Assembly: GCA_009602725.1 (NCBI GenBank)
Contig: WELB01000010.1
Location: 86,381 to 150,380, forward strand
Source: Spirogloea muscicola
Taxonomy: Eukaryota
Length of the DNA: 64,000 nucleotides
Reading direction: 5' to 3'
In this document: positions 24,817-38,100 of the stretch, piece after piece
How positions within the stretch are numbered: the first letter of the stretch is position 1
How the letters are laid out: every line of letters begins with the position of its first letter
Notes under the pieces: model-generated
The model's database searches: none
What the model was told of the DNA's origin: nothing
What the model saw: the letters and a program-made list of their open reading frames with translations, nothing else
Program-made: the position numbers and the translations under genes

Positions 24817-25959
24817 CATTGGTGGCGCTACTTATGATGTGCTACCTCTTTCAAAGCTGCTCATATTGGAGCAGAGCAACTGCATTACTGTGACCCTAAC
24901 AGGTAGACGCAAGTTGCTCGCGAATTTGATTTACACTTCGTCGATCACAGCAATCCAGTTCGTTGCATACGGCTTACATGGGGTTTGAACAGCAAGGAGC
25001 TCATAATGTATTGGCCTTGCTGTGAGAGAAGACCAACTCTAATCATTGAGTCGATACTCGAAAAGTCATCCAATTTGAAAATTGTACACTTGAATGGAGA
25101 GCTGGGCTTCTACAAGGGCAGTGCTTGTGAGTACCCAGTCAGAAACGAAATGGACATGTGGGGCAGAGGTTGCCAGTCAGCAAGGACGCATTCCCGAGAA
25201 GGTAGGGCAGCAGCTCGAGAAATTGGTTGTGACTGGCCATGGCTAGGCCACGATGTCTGGGAACCAAGAGAAGAGAAGCTCGCTGTGGAGTATGATCCTG
25301 TAGGTGTGAAAGCCAGCATTTGAAAGGGGTCAGAAGTGGAGACCACTGATTAGATAGATTGCAATGAAGATTCAATGTCCAAGTATCGGACATAGAGAAT
25401 GGATAGACATATCAACCGAGTATACAAGCTCGTGTCACTGCTAGGGAACCGCCATGAATGTCAATCAACCATTTCTTGTATAGCTGGGCATTTGCAGGTC
25501 AGGGTAACTACCTTAGCAACGAGGGCACTTTTAAAGCTTCCTTTCAGTGTCTTGACGTGTCACAAAATGTAGACTTGTGATGCAAATACTCGCCTACTTT
25601 GTCAAATTATTGATCAGTACCGGCCGGAATGTATATTCCACTGACCCTACTTGCTGCATGACCTTGAACACTTTGCATAGCTAGTATTGCTGCGCAGGCC
25701 TCTTACACAGCACAGCGCTTCTAAAGACAGGCTGCGCAGAGGGGTGACTTGCAGCCAAACCTGGTGGCATGTTGCAAGGAGCTGCACATTGCCCGAAGCC
25801 CCTGGCTAGAGGCCAAAGGTTCCCCAGCAGTCTTCTCTCTGCGTTGCCACAGATTGCATCCACATGCCCTTCTTCCCGCAAAGTGTCTCCTCATGTTGTC
25901 AACGGTGTCATCGGAGATGAGACTTCATCTAACTACTTTGGGCAGATTATCTGATTTTA

Positions 25960-26960
25960 TCAGACTACGTCCAGGGCTTCTTGAAAATCAAAAAGCTGGA
26001 AGCTACAATGAGTTGCCGTTCAAAGTGCATTGAACGGCACCAGGTCACAACAATCAGCAGCCGGAAAGGAGTTGCCCCAAAAATGCCAAAGGCAGCTGCC
26101 AGGACACGGCCAGCACGAAGATGCAAGGCAAAGGCCAGGGATCGCTGCAGCAAATTGGTCAGCCGCATATAAGACACAAGGGTCAGGAAGACTGCGGCCT
26201 TGAGGTCCCGCTGCTCCCCCTGCCCTTTCCGGCAGGACACTGCTTGTCACTCAAGCGGCTGCAGGAAGTCAAGCAACCAAGCCTTCAACGGCCTAAGCGG
26301 CTGCAGGAAGTCAAGCAACCAAGCCTTCAACGGCCTCGGAGGTCTACTGCGAGTGGGTTCCTCCTCCATCTTGTGGTCGGCGTACTTTAGGTCCGACTTT
26401 TTTGGCATGCGCAAAGGAGAAGCTCTCCTAAAGGGACAGTGAAAGGGCCCATCCCAAAAGGAGAAGGTATGTGGAGCACAGGGAATGAAGGGAGGCCAGA
26501 TCAAGCCAACATTGTATTTCAGGCAAAAGCCAGTGTTAAGAATGGGTCTATGGTAAGCAAAGCCCTACTGGAAAGGCGTTGATGTGTGCCAAAGGTGGCT
26601 GAAGGGAGCCTTTCAACTCACGAGAAAGCACAGATCAGAAGGAAGAGTCTTCCAGTAGAGGGCGAGGGCACCGATCCGACAGGCTAACTAGGGGTGCTGG
26701 AGAACGGCCACAGAATCCAGCGGCTTGAGTTTGTGGTCGCCCAGCACGCCTCCTGGATAGCCAAGCTACAAAGCGCTGCAAAAAAACCTGATAAGGTCCG
26801 AAGGTGCCCGACAGCGGCAACCACAAGACCACATAAGTGGCCAGTACAAGTGGGTGCGCACCGCTCGCCTTCTCTTCATTCTTGTCCATTCTTGTCCATT
26901 CTTTTCTGGGCTGGCTTTGCTAGCCCCTCTTTTTCTATGGGCGAGCAATTTCTCTCCGCA
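25960..26960. mobile_element. Degenerate CRE-like retroelement fragments
   Basis: Minus strand reads YMRLTNLLQRSLAFALHLRAGRVLAAA and KKSDLKYADH. Remnants of 3'-UTR types A, C and B lie at ~26460, ~26640 and ~26900. Confidence 0.65.
26252..26336. repeat. 42-bp perfect tandem duplication (AAGCGGCTGCAGGAAGTCAAGCAACCAAGCCTTCAACGGCCT x2)
   Basis: Direct sequence, located inside a retroelement remnant. Confidence 0.85.
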
Positions 26961-27591
26961 AGCCGTAGTCAAAAAGTTGTCGCCATCAACCTCGGAAGTG
27001 GAAGGCTCCATCCAGTAGATGGCGACGGCTGTGATTGGCTCGGCCGCCAGCTGGCTGGGCCGCCAGCGCGGCTGCGAGGAAGGGGAAATAGACGCTCCTG
27101 TGGCCTTGTCGCTTCTCGTGGGCGCTTTTTGAACCGCCGGCTCAACGGGCCGGCGATGCGCCGCCCGTTGGCGCACCAAGCTCTCAGCACCACGCGGCCA
27201 GCCGCAAGCACGTCGTGGCGACGGTCGTCCGTCCACCGCTTTGCTGCGTCCGACTGTTGGGCGCAGTGGTCGGCTTGAGACGTGCGGGGCACCACAAGCT
27301 CGTGGCGACGGCATCGGCGGTCGCGTCCTTCCGTATCCGGGCGAAATTGGCCAGCTGGGCGGCCGTCGCTGGAGCCCGTCTGGGGCTCTTACAGGTGGGA
27401 GTCACACAGCTTTTTTGTTTTTGTTTTCAAAGCCTCGATCGCCACGGCGGGAAAACGCTGCGCCTGGGAGTGCGGCGAGGCCCCGCCCCTGCCCCCGCCG
27501 CCGCCGCCGCCGCGGGTGGCGGGCGCGGCAAGCGTCGGTCCCGCACCGGGCCCGTGCCTGCGCGGCGAGGCCGCTGCGGCGCTGCCGCAGG

Positions 27592-30500
27592 ATGGAGAGC
27601 ATCGCAGGGCGCCGCCATGGCGATGCCGCCGGGCAGCGGTTGGGGCCGGAGGACCCCGACTCCCAGCGCAAGGGCCGCGCGGGGGGCTTCTTCGCGGCGC
27701 GCACGCCGCAGGAGGCCAAGCGCCAGCTCTGGCTCCGCGTCGGCCTCGGCGGCGCCGCTGTCCTGCTGCTCTGCTACCTGGTCGCGGAGTCGGGCCTGGT
27801 CGGATCCTCGCCGGCCACCATCAAAAGCGACCCTATGGAGGGCCAGTCCGCCATGCTGCTGGCTCGCCAGAGGCACGCGGCTCGAAAGCACGGCGGCACC
27901 AGGCGGCTGGCCAAGCCGCTCGCGGACGACGGCCATGATCTCGCGCTCTCACAAGACCCTGAAGAGCCGGCTGGTACAGCAACCTCTGACGTTATCGTTG
28001 TCACACATTTATTCCTGTGCTAAGTGCTCTGAATTCATGTCCTGCTGCTGGATTTCTGCGGCGCGTCAACCGCACATCAGAACAGATCGTGATTATTACC
28101 GGGGTGACACTGTAGCCCTTGTCAACTGTGACTAAGTGCAAGAGAATCGCCATCTGCAGTCGGCATCCCAATTGTGGCATTGTTTCAGTGTTGCTTGTGC
28201 TCCACCGCGGCAACTTCGTCAGGGGCTCGAGGGGTATCAAGTATAGGTGTCTACTTGCAGTGCACCTTCAGAAGCATGGTAGTCCTCGTACTTCAGGGCC
28301 CAATTCGAGAATCTCAACTACATGTCTGCCTGCAGCGTCCATAGATGGAACCTCAATTCCCGATGAGCGTCCCAAACGCCGTGGTCGAAAGCGAGCAGAG
28401 CGCCTTTCAGAGCTGGTGACAGAGGCAAAGCGATCTAGCATCTCAGGCAGCGGACGGCCTGAAGAAGGACCTCCTGAGCAGGTCTTGGTCTCAGAGAGTC
28501 GTGCTCTTGACAAACAGCTGGAGAAAGAGAAGCCTATACCAGATGGTGAGCTTTCTGCTATGAAGCTTTCTACTCTGCTGCCAGCATGTGCCTTGCCACA
28601 AGAAGCAGGGCTGTTCATCAACCTCTAGTGCAAAGTAATGGACGAATGTTGATGTTGGTTGCAGAAACAGAAGAAGACAGTACTCCTGACGCGCCATCAA
28701 CAGAAACCGCAGAAGTGGAGCAAGTGAAGAAAGAAGAGGAGCCGCCGAAGACCTTGGAGTCCCCAGAGATTGCAGGAGCTTTTGTTGAGAAGCAGGTTGA
28801 AGGCAAGGTGGAGGTGAACAGTCATAAAAGCGACGAGGAAGACCTGGGCGCCAGCTTGGGCTTTGCCGAGAATCATGCTAAGAAGCGAATAGTAGAAGAG
28901 CGGGCAAAGCGTCTTGCTGAAGCCAAGAAACCAGATGGTGCAGAGGAGAGCGGCACTGACGATGCTGCAGCAGAAGGCCATGACGCGTCGAAGTCCGCTG
29001 ATGAGAAAGCACAGGATGAAGCAGAAGTAGCTGATGCAGAAGCCGAGCCTGAGGAGGACAAGATTGATGGGCAACAGAAGGACAGCAAGGCTACCGAAGA
29101 TGTAGCTGACAGTCAGCCTGAAGGGGAGGCTGTGAAGGATGACATTGAGACAGCAGATTCAGCTAAGAGTCAGCCTCCAGAAGGTGATGACAGCTCTGTC
29201 GAGGGCGGGGCAGAAGCAGAAGGCAATGAAGAAGGTGCAGATGCAGATAGCAAAGACGATGGCGTGGATGCAGACAGCAAAGAAGGCGTGGATGCAGACA
29301 GCAAAGAAGGTGATGCAGATGACGATAGCAAAGGTGAGGGAGATGCGGAGAGCAAAGAGGTCGCAGCTTTTGACGAGGCGGATAAGATGGATGTGTCAGA
29401 CAAGGAGGAGGTGGTCGAGGATGCTGCTCCCGATGAGAAGGCAGCCGACGTCGCAGCTGACGAGCAGGTGGATGAAGCAACAGCCAAGGCAGACGGAGAT
29501 CACCCTGCGGACAGTGAAGACGACGTCATCAAGACAGAGGAGCCACCCGCAGACGGTGAGCGGCCGCCGCAGCAGGAAGACAGTGGAGCCTCCGTGTCGG
29601 ACAATGTTTCGGTCGACACGGATCAGGCAGACAGCAATGGATCTGAGGTTGGATCTCCAGTGCAAAAGCGAAGTTCTCGAAGGTCCAGAAGGGGTGAGGA
29701 TTCAGATGCAAGTGTAGCATTGTCTGATGGCAGCCCTCCAGTGGATCGCAGGAAAGGGAAGAGGGGCCGAAAGTCAAGGGTCACCGACAGCGAGCCAGCC
29801 GGCGCACCCATGTCCTTGGACACTGAGGCAAAATCGAGTGCTGTGGAGGGCGGTAGCGCTGTCGTGTCAGAAGAGGACGAAGCCCGCTGTTCTGGGAAGT
29901 ACATACACATCTACAGCCTGCCGCCACAGTTCAACAGCGCACTCTTGGATGAGTGCGCTACCATGCTACCCTGGTCCGACATGTGCCCACACTTGGAGGC
30001 TGACGGCCTGGGCCAGAAGGTGACGAGCACAGAGACAGTATTGGTGCCCGCAGGGAGGTGGTTTGCAACGCACCAGATCAGTCTGGAGCTCATGCTGCTC
30101 GCCCGGCTGAAGAAGAGTTACCCGTGCTTGACATCAGATCCGAGTCAAGGGAACCTGTTCTATATTCCATACTACAGCGCCCTGGATGTCCAGCGGTGGC
30201 ACTTCAAGACCGGCGCCACGAGTGAGGACCACGACCACCTTCCTCTGCAGCTCGCTGCCTGGCTGAAGGAGCAGGAAGCATTCAAGGTCTATTTCCAACC
30301 CTCATGGGCTTTATCTGCAAGTGCTACTCTGCAATGCAGTGTCAACTTATTGACTTCCAAGCCATACTTCGGTCAATGAGGAGATTGCCCCTGACTCAAG
30401 AAAGTCATTCCTGTCTTGCAGAAGACTCGTGGTCGCGATCATGTTCTGGTCCTGAGCAAGTCGACCTGGGACTTCCGACGGAAGGAGGGCAGCGCCTGGG

Positions 30501-31653
30501 GCAATGTACTCCTGGAGCTGCCGGAGTTGAAGCATGTTACCAAGCTTCTCCTTGAAGGGGACCCTTGGGAGCAACATGACATTGCTGTGCCGCATGCCAC
30601 GTACTTCCACCCCAAGACCGACAATGAGCTCAACAAGTGGCAGGTTCACGTTGATGGCTACAAGAAGAATTCTCTTATAAGCTTTGCAGGGGTATCTGAC
30701 TTGAGAGATTCCGTGAAGCAGGCCTTAAGCCTGCAGTGCAAGGAGTCCAACAGCGAGTGTCGGTGAGCCGCTAGCTACTGTCCACTTACCCTTCTTTTGC
30801 TCCATGTATCTTTCAGTCACGTTCCACCATTCCTCGTCCGTTTATGCTGCCACTACATCTAGTAGTCTTCCTTCGCTTCTAGTTGGGCTGCAACACAGCT
30901 TCTCCTCCATTTACTTCCAAGCCAGTGCCATCTGACTGGTTGGTTTGATTTGCAGCTACATGGAGTGCAGCGACGGGATCTGTAGTCAGCCAGAGGCCAT
31001 CATGGGCCTGCACCTGGGATCCACATTCTGCTTGCAGGCACCTGGTCATGTTGCAGCTCGCAGGGTCCTATTTGACGCTCTTGTTGCTGGCTGTATCCCT
31101 GTAGTATTTGACACGTACTTCTTCTCTCAGGTTGGCATGAACCCAAATGCTTGAGCTGCTTGAAGCGCGTTTGCCTAGATACAACAAGCCCCTTGCGATA
31201 CCTGCCTTTTCTCACTCTGCTGCAAATAGCTCACTGCACTTTTGTCTGCAGTATTTGCAGTTGTAATGCTGTGCAGGGTGCTGGTCAGTGCAAACGAATT
31301 CGTGAAGGGCGATTGTATGTGGTAAACACCTATTGCTTGTTACCTTGTTGCAGTTCCGATGGCACCTACCTGAGGACAACAGCACCTACTCCGTTTACAT
31401 TCCCGAGGCGAGCATCCTGGACAGCAGCAACCCCGTGAAGGTGATTGACGTTCTTAAGGAAATCTCGCCTGACAGGGTCAGGGACATGCAACAGCACATC
31501 GTGTGGAATGTGCTGCCCAGAATCATATACAATCACCCGCGCAGCAAAATCACCAAGACGAAGGACGCGTTTGATATCTCCATAGAAAGATTATTGGAGG
31601 ACGTTGCGCAGCTTCGAGCCAACACATTCAACGAGGGCAGCAGTTCCAACTAG
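27592..31653 (+). CDS. GT47 exostosin-family glycosyltransferase, xyloglucan galactosyltransferase (MUR3/XLT2)-like, type II membrane protein
   Basis: N-terminal TM (LWLRVGLGGAAVLLLCYLV) and long acidic stem, then CSGKYIHIYSLPPQFNSALL..C, WFATHQISLE, FYIPYYSALD, GRDHVLVLSKSTWDFRR, IAVPHATYFHP, STFCLQAPG, FDALVAGCIPV and DAFDISIE. Confidence 0.9.
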
Positions 31654-33117
31654 CAGTAGCTTAGTAGCTCCAAGGATGTACAAGTCTACACCATCTTGCC
31701 ATGTGAGAGATGGTAAGCACAGATGTGCAAGAGCCACCAACAGACTTCACCCACTTTTCGTTGACGCACAAATTCATGCCGAAATGTAGGATTGCCCATG
31801 TAGGTCGAGGAGGTGCATTTGCTTGCTTGATTATCTGCAGGATGTATGCATAGCTTTACATGTGACTCACTTATACCCGAGTCATAATGAGCATTTTCTT
31901 GCCGAAGCAGCTTAATATGCATGTCCACATGACACTATATAGCTCATAGCTTGGCATAGTAGTCTGCAGCCCTCCAATGAGTAAGAGTACGTTGACCAAG
32001 ATGTATAGTAGGAATACATTGGCTGGGGCAGTTGGTCTCCCCGAAGTGGTAGCGCACCTTGAGAGTTGCTCGCATGTCAAGTTTGTTCAGAATCTGTCCG
32101 CACGGCCGTACTGCTCCTTACACGTAAGTGAGCAGCAAAGAGGTGGCAGTGACTAAGACTTTTCTGCTTCCCCGCCCGCCCAAGGGTAGGGCCCTGGGGC
32201 CCGCTTTTGTGCGAAGACCACTATATCGCCGAGGTTGGGCAGCTTGGAGAAAGTAGTTGTTCCAGAACGGGCCTCTCCGCGGCTGTGAAGGATAGCCAGA
32301 AAGTCAACAGGAGGCTGGGCCGCTTCAGTGATTGCCGGCGGGGGTATCAAAGTATGGCCCTCCTGCTACCTCCTGCTGCAATGCACCGCCGCAGCTCGCG
32401 CCATCTTGTCACAAGGAGTCCGTGGCTTCTCCCCCTTGGGGACAGCCGTTGACCTGGTGCTCAGGAAGGTGGAGTCACCACCTGCTGGCGGCGCCACACG
32501 GCAAGCCTTCTGCTGCCGTCGTTGTGCGCGTGCTTCACCAAGTGGGGTTGCTTCTGACACCCCCTATTGCCGAAGCTAACGAGGACGTCTTGACACAGAC
32601 TATGTTTGTGGACGCAATTCGTCACAGTCACAGAACCCAGAATGTGATCTAGCTCACTGGGTCCAGCAGGACTATCAGCATACAGCAAGCATGCTGGTTT
32701 GGTGGTGAGCTTGGTATCTCGTTTCAGCATCCGTCCTGACTTAGCAAAGGCCATGGGACTCACTTATGATTGGCTGCCAAACAGTGGCGTATCCTGCCAT
32801 TGTCGGCCAGGAAGGTATTCTTGCCTTCTGATTTGCCTTGCCTGCTACTGTGAGCCTCGTCAAGGCTTTCGCCAAGGCTGCTTCAAGCATGGTCGCAGCT
32901 GGCCTTGAGCTCATTGAGGCACAAAAGAATGCTGCTGCTGCGCCACTGCCGCGGGGGTAGCAGATGTAATGAGTGGAGCAACGTCAAGGAGCTAGTGGCG
33001 ACCCTGCAATCTCTAAGCAGGATAGCAGCAAAGATGACATCTAAGACATCCAGAGACAACACAAGACGCAACACAAGATCAGGCTGTGGGGCTAGCCTTG
33101 GGGGTGCGGCTGCACAG

Positions 33118-35043
33118 CTAGGCCCTCTTCAAGCGGTGCCGCTGGTTCCAATCTTGGAGGAAGGACTTCGACGCCTCATAAGTGGACCAGCAAATGGCTG
33201 CCGCCGGCGCGTGAAACATCACTCGTGGTCGCAGGCCCCGCCACAGTGCCCGTGGACCCTCCTCTTTCACAATTCGCTGCATTGCCTGCCGCACGGACGT
33301 GCTCCGAAATCGCGACGCGCCGCACACGCCCTGACTCACACCAATTGTGCATTACGAGCGGCATTGCTAAAATGCCACATGACTGTTGCTCGCCGTGGGA
33401 TGTACATGCGCCACAAATGAGCGTGAGTGAAGACCTGATGCACTGATCAGCTGGGAGAAGCCCGCACCTGGCACTGCAGCCGCGTCTTGACGACATCCAG
33501 GGGTGTAGTTATTGCACCGGCCAGGGCGCCCGACAGCCCACCCGCCGTCACGTGAATGAGGAGCTGCTCCTCATCCACGGCCTTGGGCGAGATTCCCATC
33601 TATTGAGCAGCGGAGCAACATGTTTACTTGGCCACACGAATTGGTGCCGGGAACCACATCCTAAATCCTGGACTAGCCCTGCATCAGCCTATTGTGCACA
33701 TGGCAACAACTCCAGGAGGGAGGAAGTATAGCAGCTGATGTACTTGGATCAATCAGCCAGCACTCGGTGCGCAAGATTTGTGACCTGCAGCAGTTTGCCT
33801 CAGGAGACAAGTCGCTGCAGCTAGCACGGCCTTCGGCATTGAACAGAGTGCAAGAGCAATGGGGGCTCACCAGCAGCTTCTTAGCGGCTTCGTACGTTGC
33901 AAAGTGCACAGCAGTGAAGGGCACATTCATAATGACCGTTGTCTTGTACGAGGCATAGAGGGCTCGCACGCCCTCCTCACGCAGGATCCGCGAGAAGCAG
34001 TCGAGGACGCCGCGGTAGGGGCTGCGCCGCAACTGCAGGCGCTGCTTGACGACGTCCATGGGAGTGAACACGGCGTCACTGGCCACGGTGGCAAGTGCAC
34101 CCGAGGCGGCGTGCGCAAGGGGGTGGTACCCCTCCTCGTTGCCGCCGAGCGCCTCCTTGGCCTTCTCGTACACTGCAAAGTAGACGGCGTGCGCAGGGCC
34201 CGCACCAAGGCCCATGGCGCCGATGCCGCGCCACATGCCCAGCGCCCCCTCTCGCTGCATGATCGAAACTAATGCCCTGCCAACGCTTTGGTCCTTGGGT
34301 GCGCCCGCTTCCGCCAGTACCTGGGAGTCCAAAGGGGCCCCGCTTGCTCAGACAACGTGGAGACAGCTCGAAGCTGCACCCACTGGGAGCGTCTACTACA
34401 GCGCCGTCGCCAGTCGCCGCAGCCCGCCCGTTGCATAGCAGTCTTCGAATGCAACTCGCAGTACCAGCCGAGGGGCGTGCCCCCTAGGTAAGCAGCTCAG
34501 TGAGCACACGCTCCAAGAGTTAGGGCTGGCGGGCGCGACCTGCATGCGCGTCTTCACCAGGTCGACCGGGAACATGGCCATGTGCTCCACCATGCCTGCG
34601 CAGCGGCACCCGGTTGTCAACGGGCATGCGACTTGCTGCGATCCAGGCCGGCAGCCCTGGCCGGGGCTGCCCACGGCGCTGCCGGCAAGGACAAGCCCCA
34701 CTCGCCCGTTGCAAGCGAAGCACTCAAGTGACTGACTTCTCGTTCTCCATCTGACCACGGGCGATCATAGAAGCAGCGCACAGTTGCGGCAGAAGGCGGA
34801 TCGTCTGGCAGCGCAAGCGAGGCGCGTTCGAGGGGGCGCACCGGCCAGCGAGCCGGCGAGCATGTACTGCGGGAAGGTGAGGCCGTCGTGGTCGTGGCCG
34901 TGAGCGTGGCCCTGGCCCTGGCCTTGCTCGTGGTCGTGCGCAGCGCGGCGGGTCGCGCTGCCGCTGTAGCTCTTCGACGCTTCCTCGCCAGCCGCCGCCG
35001 CCCCCGCGGCCGCCGCCGCGCTGCCCGCCGTCCCGAGCGGNAT
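33118..35043 (-). CDS. Mitochondrial carrier, mitoferrin (MRS3/4, plant MIT1/2-like) iron transporter
   Basis: HDGLTFPQYMLAGSLAG-MVEHMAMFPVDLVKTRMQ, GAGPAHAVYF, TPMDVVKQRLQ, MNVPFTAVHF, TPLDVVKTRLQ and RGLRPRVMFHAPAAAICWSTYE. The start codon reads ATN at an ambiguous base. Confidence 0.93.
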
Positions 35044-35189
35044 GGAACCCGAAGCTCCACGAAGGCTCCTCTGAGGCGGCGGCGGCGGCGGCGGCGGCGC
35101 GCTCGCGGCGGCAACGGCGGGCGCGGCGCAGAGCACGGGGGAGCTCCCGAGTGGCGGGCAGCTTGCCGCTAAGCCCCGCTCTGCTTGGA

Positions 35190-38100
35190 GGGGGCTTTAT
35201 GTTTTGACCCGTGGTCATTGAGCGGGTCAATCTGCTGTAGGTTATGTAGATATTTAGATGTGCTTGCCTTTGTACCTGGCCATTTGGCCTACATTTCTTT
35301 CTAATACACGATCTTTTTTTTGCTTGGAGGGGCGACGAGGCCAGGGATGGGTGACCGCCCGCGGCTCGCCTCTCGGAAGAGGGAACGGCCTGCATTTTCC
35401 CGCCTGGCGGCAGTTCTCCCCGCGTGAGCTTCCCATCCTCCCTACCATTTTTATCCGTGTGCCATGGATTTCTACGGATGGTCCTCCCTGATCCAGCATC
35501 TGGCCCGGCTGGTTGATGCGCGTCGTCGAAGTCGGGGGGGCAGCTTGGGCCACTCCAGCATTCCGCAGGCCTCAGTTGCATACTATAGAATGTGGCTCTC
35601 ACTTAGTTTGCAGCGCTCGCAAGCATTGGCTCTTCATCAACGTGCAGGGCGCGCTTTAACTCAGGCGAGCACTTTCTTTAAGTCAGGCCTCCGGCTTTTT
35701 GAAGAAATTCGTGTATAAGAAACAAATATAGGCCAAATGGCCAAGTACAAAGGCAAGCACATCTAAAGATCTACATAACCTACAGCAGATTGACCCTCTC
35801 AATAACCACGGGTCAAAACATAAAGGTCACTAATCGATGCATGAATACTAGATGCCAAAAACGGAGCCCTTCTGCCACCAACTAGAGCTCGCCCAGCTTT
35901 CTGGTGCAAGGCACTAGCCTGAGCACGCTGCAAACAGGCCGAAAAATCGTCGTCGCAAGAGCGACACATATGCAGCTGGCAAGCCCATCTCAGCCGGAAA
36001 CACATCTGCACGTCGAGTGTAGCCTAGATTGGCAATGTTTTGAAGCAGAGTGTGGAAACGAGGACCCAGACTGCCATAGATGTCGATTGCCGCTGGCAGG
36101 AGCTGATCGCATTGGAGGTACTCAAAGTAGTGCCGCAGTTTTCTTTGTTCTGCACCGCCCACTGCACGGAAGCCGCACTCGCACTGGCGCACCCCAATCA
36201 GGCAATTAGGTGGGAGGCCGAGGAAGAGTTGAAGCGATGTCCGAAAGGCCTCGGAGCTGATGCTGAAGGCGTTGGCGACGGGGGGAGAGGTGATCCAGTT
36301 AGTGGCACCAGGTGTGGCCAGAGAAGTAAGTCTTGCCAAGCTCCTTGGATTGTTCTGAATCTCTGGCAGCCTCCTCAACCTTCTGCGGCGTTCGTCTTCC
36401 ACTGCCGTAACGGGTCTGGATTGTGCCCCTCTATCAGAAGCTTGGGCGAGGGTGGAGAATGGCGTGAGTAGAAGTTGGAGAGAGGGGAAAGAGCTGCAGG
36501 CTGAGTCGCGGATGCTCCTCACATCCGCTTGGAAGGGGAAGGAGCCTTCCTCCACATTGCGTACAGGGTCGTGGAGGCAAGGGAAGCGCATGGATTTCGA
36601 GGCGGCGCTCCATCTCCCCAAGTTAGCTTGTCGGATTTCTTTGTGCTCAACCCGTGGGTACTGATGTAACCTTAGGCGCGCTGCACCTGCGTGCCGGCAG
36701 AAATTGCTCGCCCATTGAGAATAGGGGCTGGAAATGCCAGCCCAAGAATCAACAAAGGACCAGAAGGGGGCCAGGGGAAGCGCTAAGAAGAACAAGCACA
36801 CAAAGAAACAAAGCAGCTACGGATCACTCAGTAACCCCTGCTAAGCAGCCTGAGGTCAGGAACGCTAGGCTCCTGGAAGTGGGTCCCCTGGCCAGAGCCA
36901 GAGGTTTAGCAGAGAAAGAGCTCGCCCATTGAGGATAGGGGCTGGAAAAGCCAGCCCAAAAAAGAATGAACAAAGTACGAGAAGGGGGCCAGGGGAAGCG
37001 CTAAGAAAAAACAAGCACACAAAGAAACAAAGCAGCTACAAATCACTCAGTAACCCCTGCAAAGCAACCGCAGGTCGGAGATGCTAGGCTCCTGGAAGTG
37101 GGTCCCCTGGCCAGAGCAAGAGGCAGTAGCGAGGGCTCTGCCGGCACGAAGGTGCAGCGCCCGGGCCAAAGACCTCTGCAGCGAGACGGCCAGGCGCATA
37201 CGGCACACTTGCGCCAGCGACCCGGCTGCAGGAAAGTCTACCGGCTCCCCACGGAAGCGACGGGCGATGGGACCTGCGGGCCGGCAGAAGAAAGTGCTCG
37301 CCCATTGAGAATAGGGGCTGGAAAAGCCAGCCCAAAAAAGAATGAACAGAGTACGAGAAGGGGGCCAGGGCAAGCGCTAAGAAAAACAAGCACACAGAGA
37401 ACACAGCAGCCCTCGCTGATGCCTCTGGCTCTGGCCAGGGGACCCACTTCCAGGAGCCTGGCGTCTCTGAGGTGCGCTGGCCGTCTCGCTTCAGCGGTCA
37501 ATGTCCCGCGCGCTGCACCTGCGGGCCGGCAGAGCCATCGCTGCTGCCTCTGGCTCTGGCCAGGGGACCCACTTCCAGGAGCCTAGCGTCTTTGACCTGA
37601 GGCTGCTTAGCAGGGGTTACTGAGTGATCTGTAGCTCTGGCTCATCGCAGACGTCGTCACCACTGACAGCTTTGCGTCCAGCAGAGCAAAAAGCTCGTCG
37701 GAGGAGGCGGGCTACGCAGTCGGCCAAGCGGCGGGCGAGAAGGAACGGAAGTACTCGGACCACCCGGTGGGCGACGAGTTCGTTCCACTGGCAGTGGACG
37801 TGCACGGAGCCTTCGGCTCCAAATGGCTTGACTTGCTCCACCGCCTGGCGCGGCGTGCAGCGGCCCGCCGCCTCGGGCAGCAGGGCGAGCAGCCCGGCTT
37901 CAACGTAGCCGGGTCCCTTGCTCAGGTTTTCCGTATGCGTTTGGCCGTCTCGATGCAGCGGTCCCTCGCCTTCGCAATTCATTTGCGCGCAGGCCGAGCT
38001 TTGGCGGCGGCCTCCGGCTTCCGTCAGGGCGACGTCTTTCCGCCAGCTAGCTTCTCGGACCTGCATCTCCTGTCTGTGGGCCACTCCAGCATTCCGCAGG

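Noticed and set aside
35196..35824. MITE/TIR DNA transposon
   Set aside because: The arms are retroelement 3' UTRs; one continues into RLE-coding sequence and another copy occurs singly at ~45130-45230.
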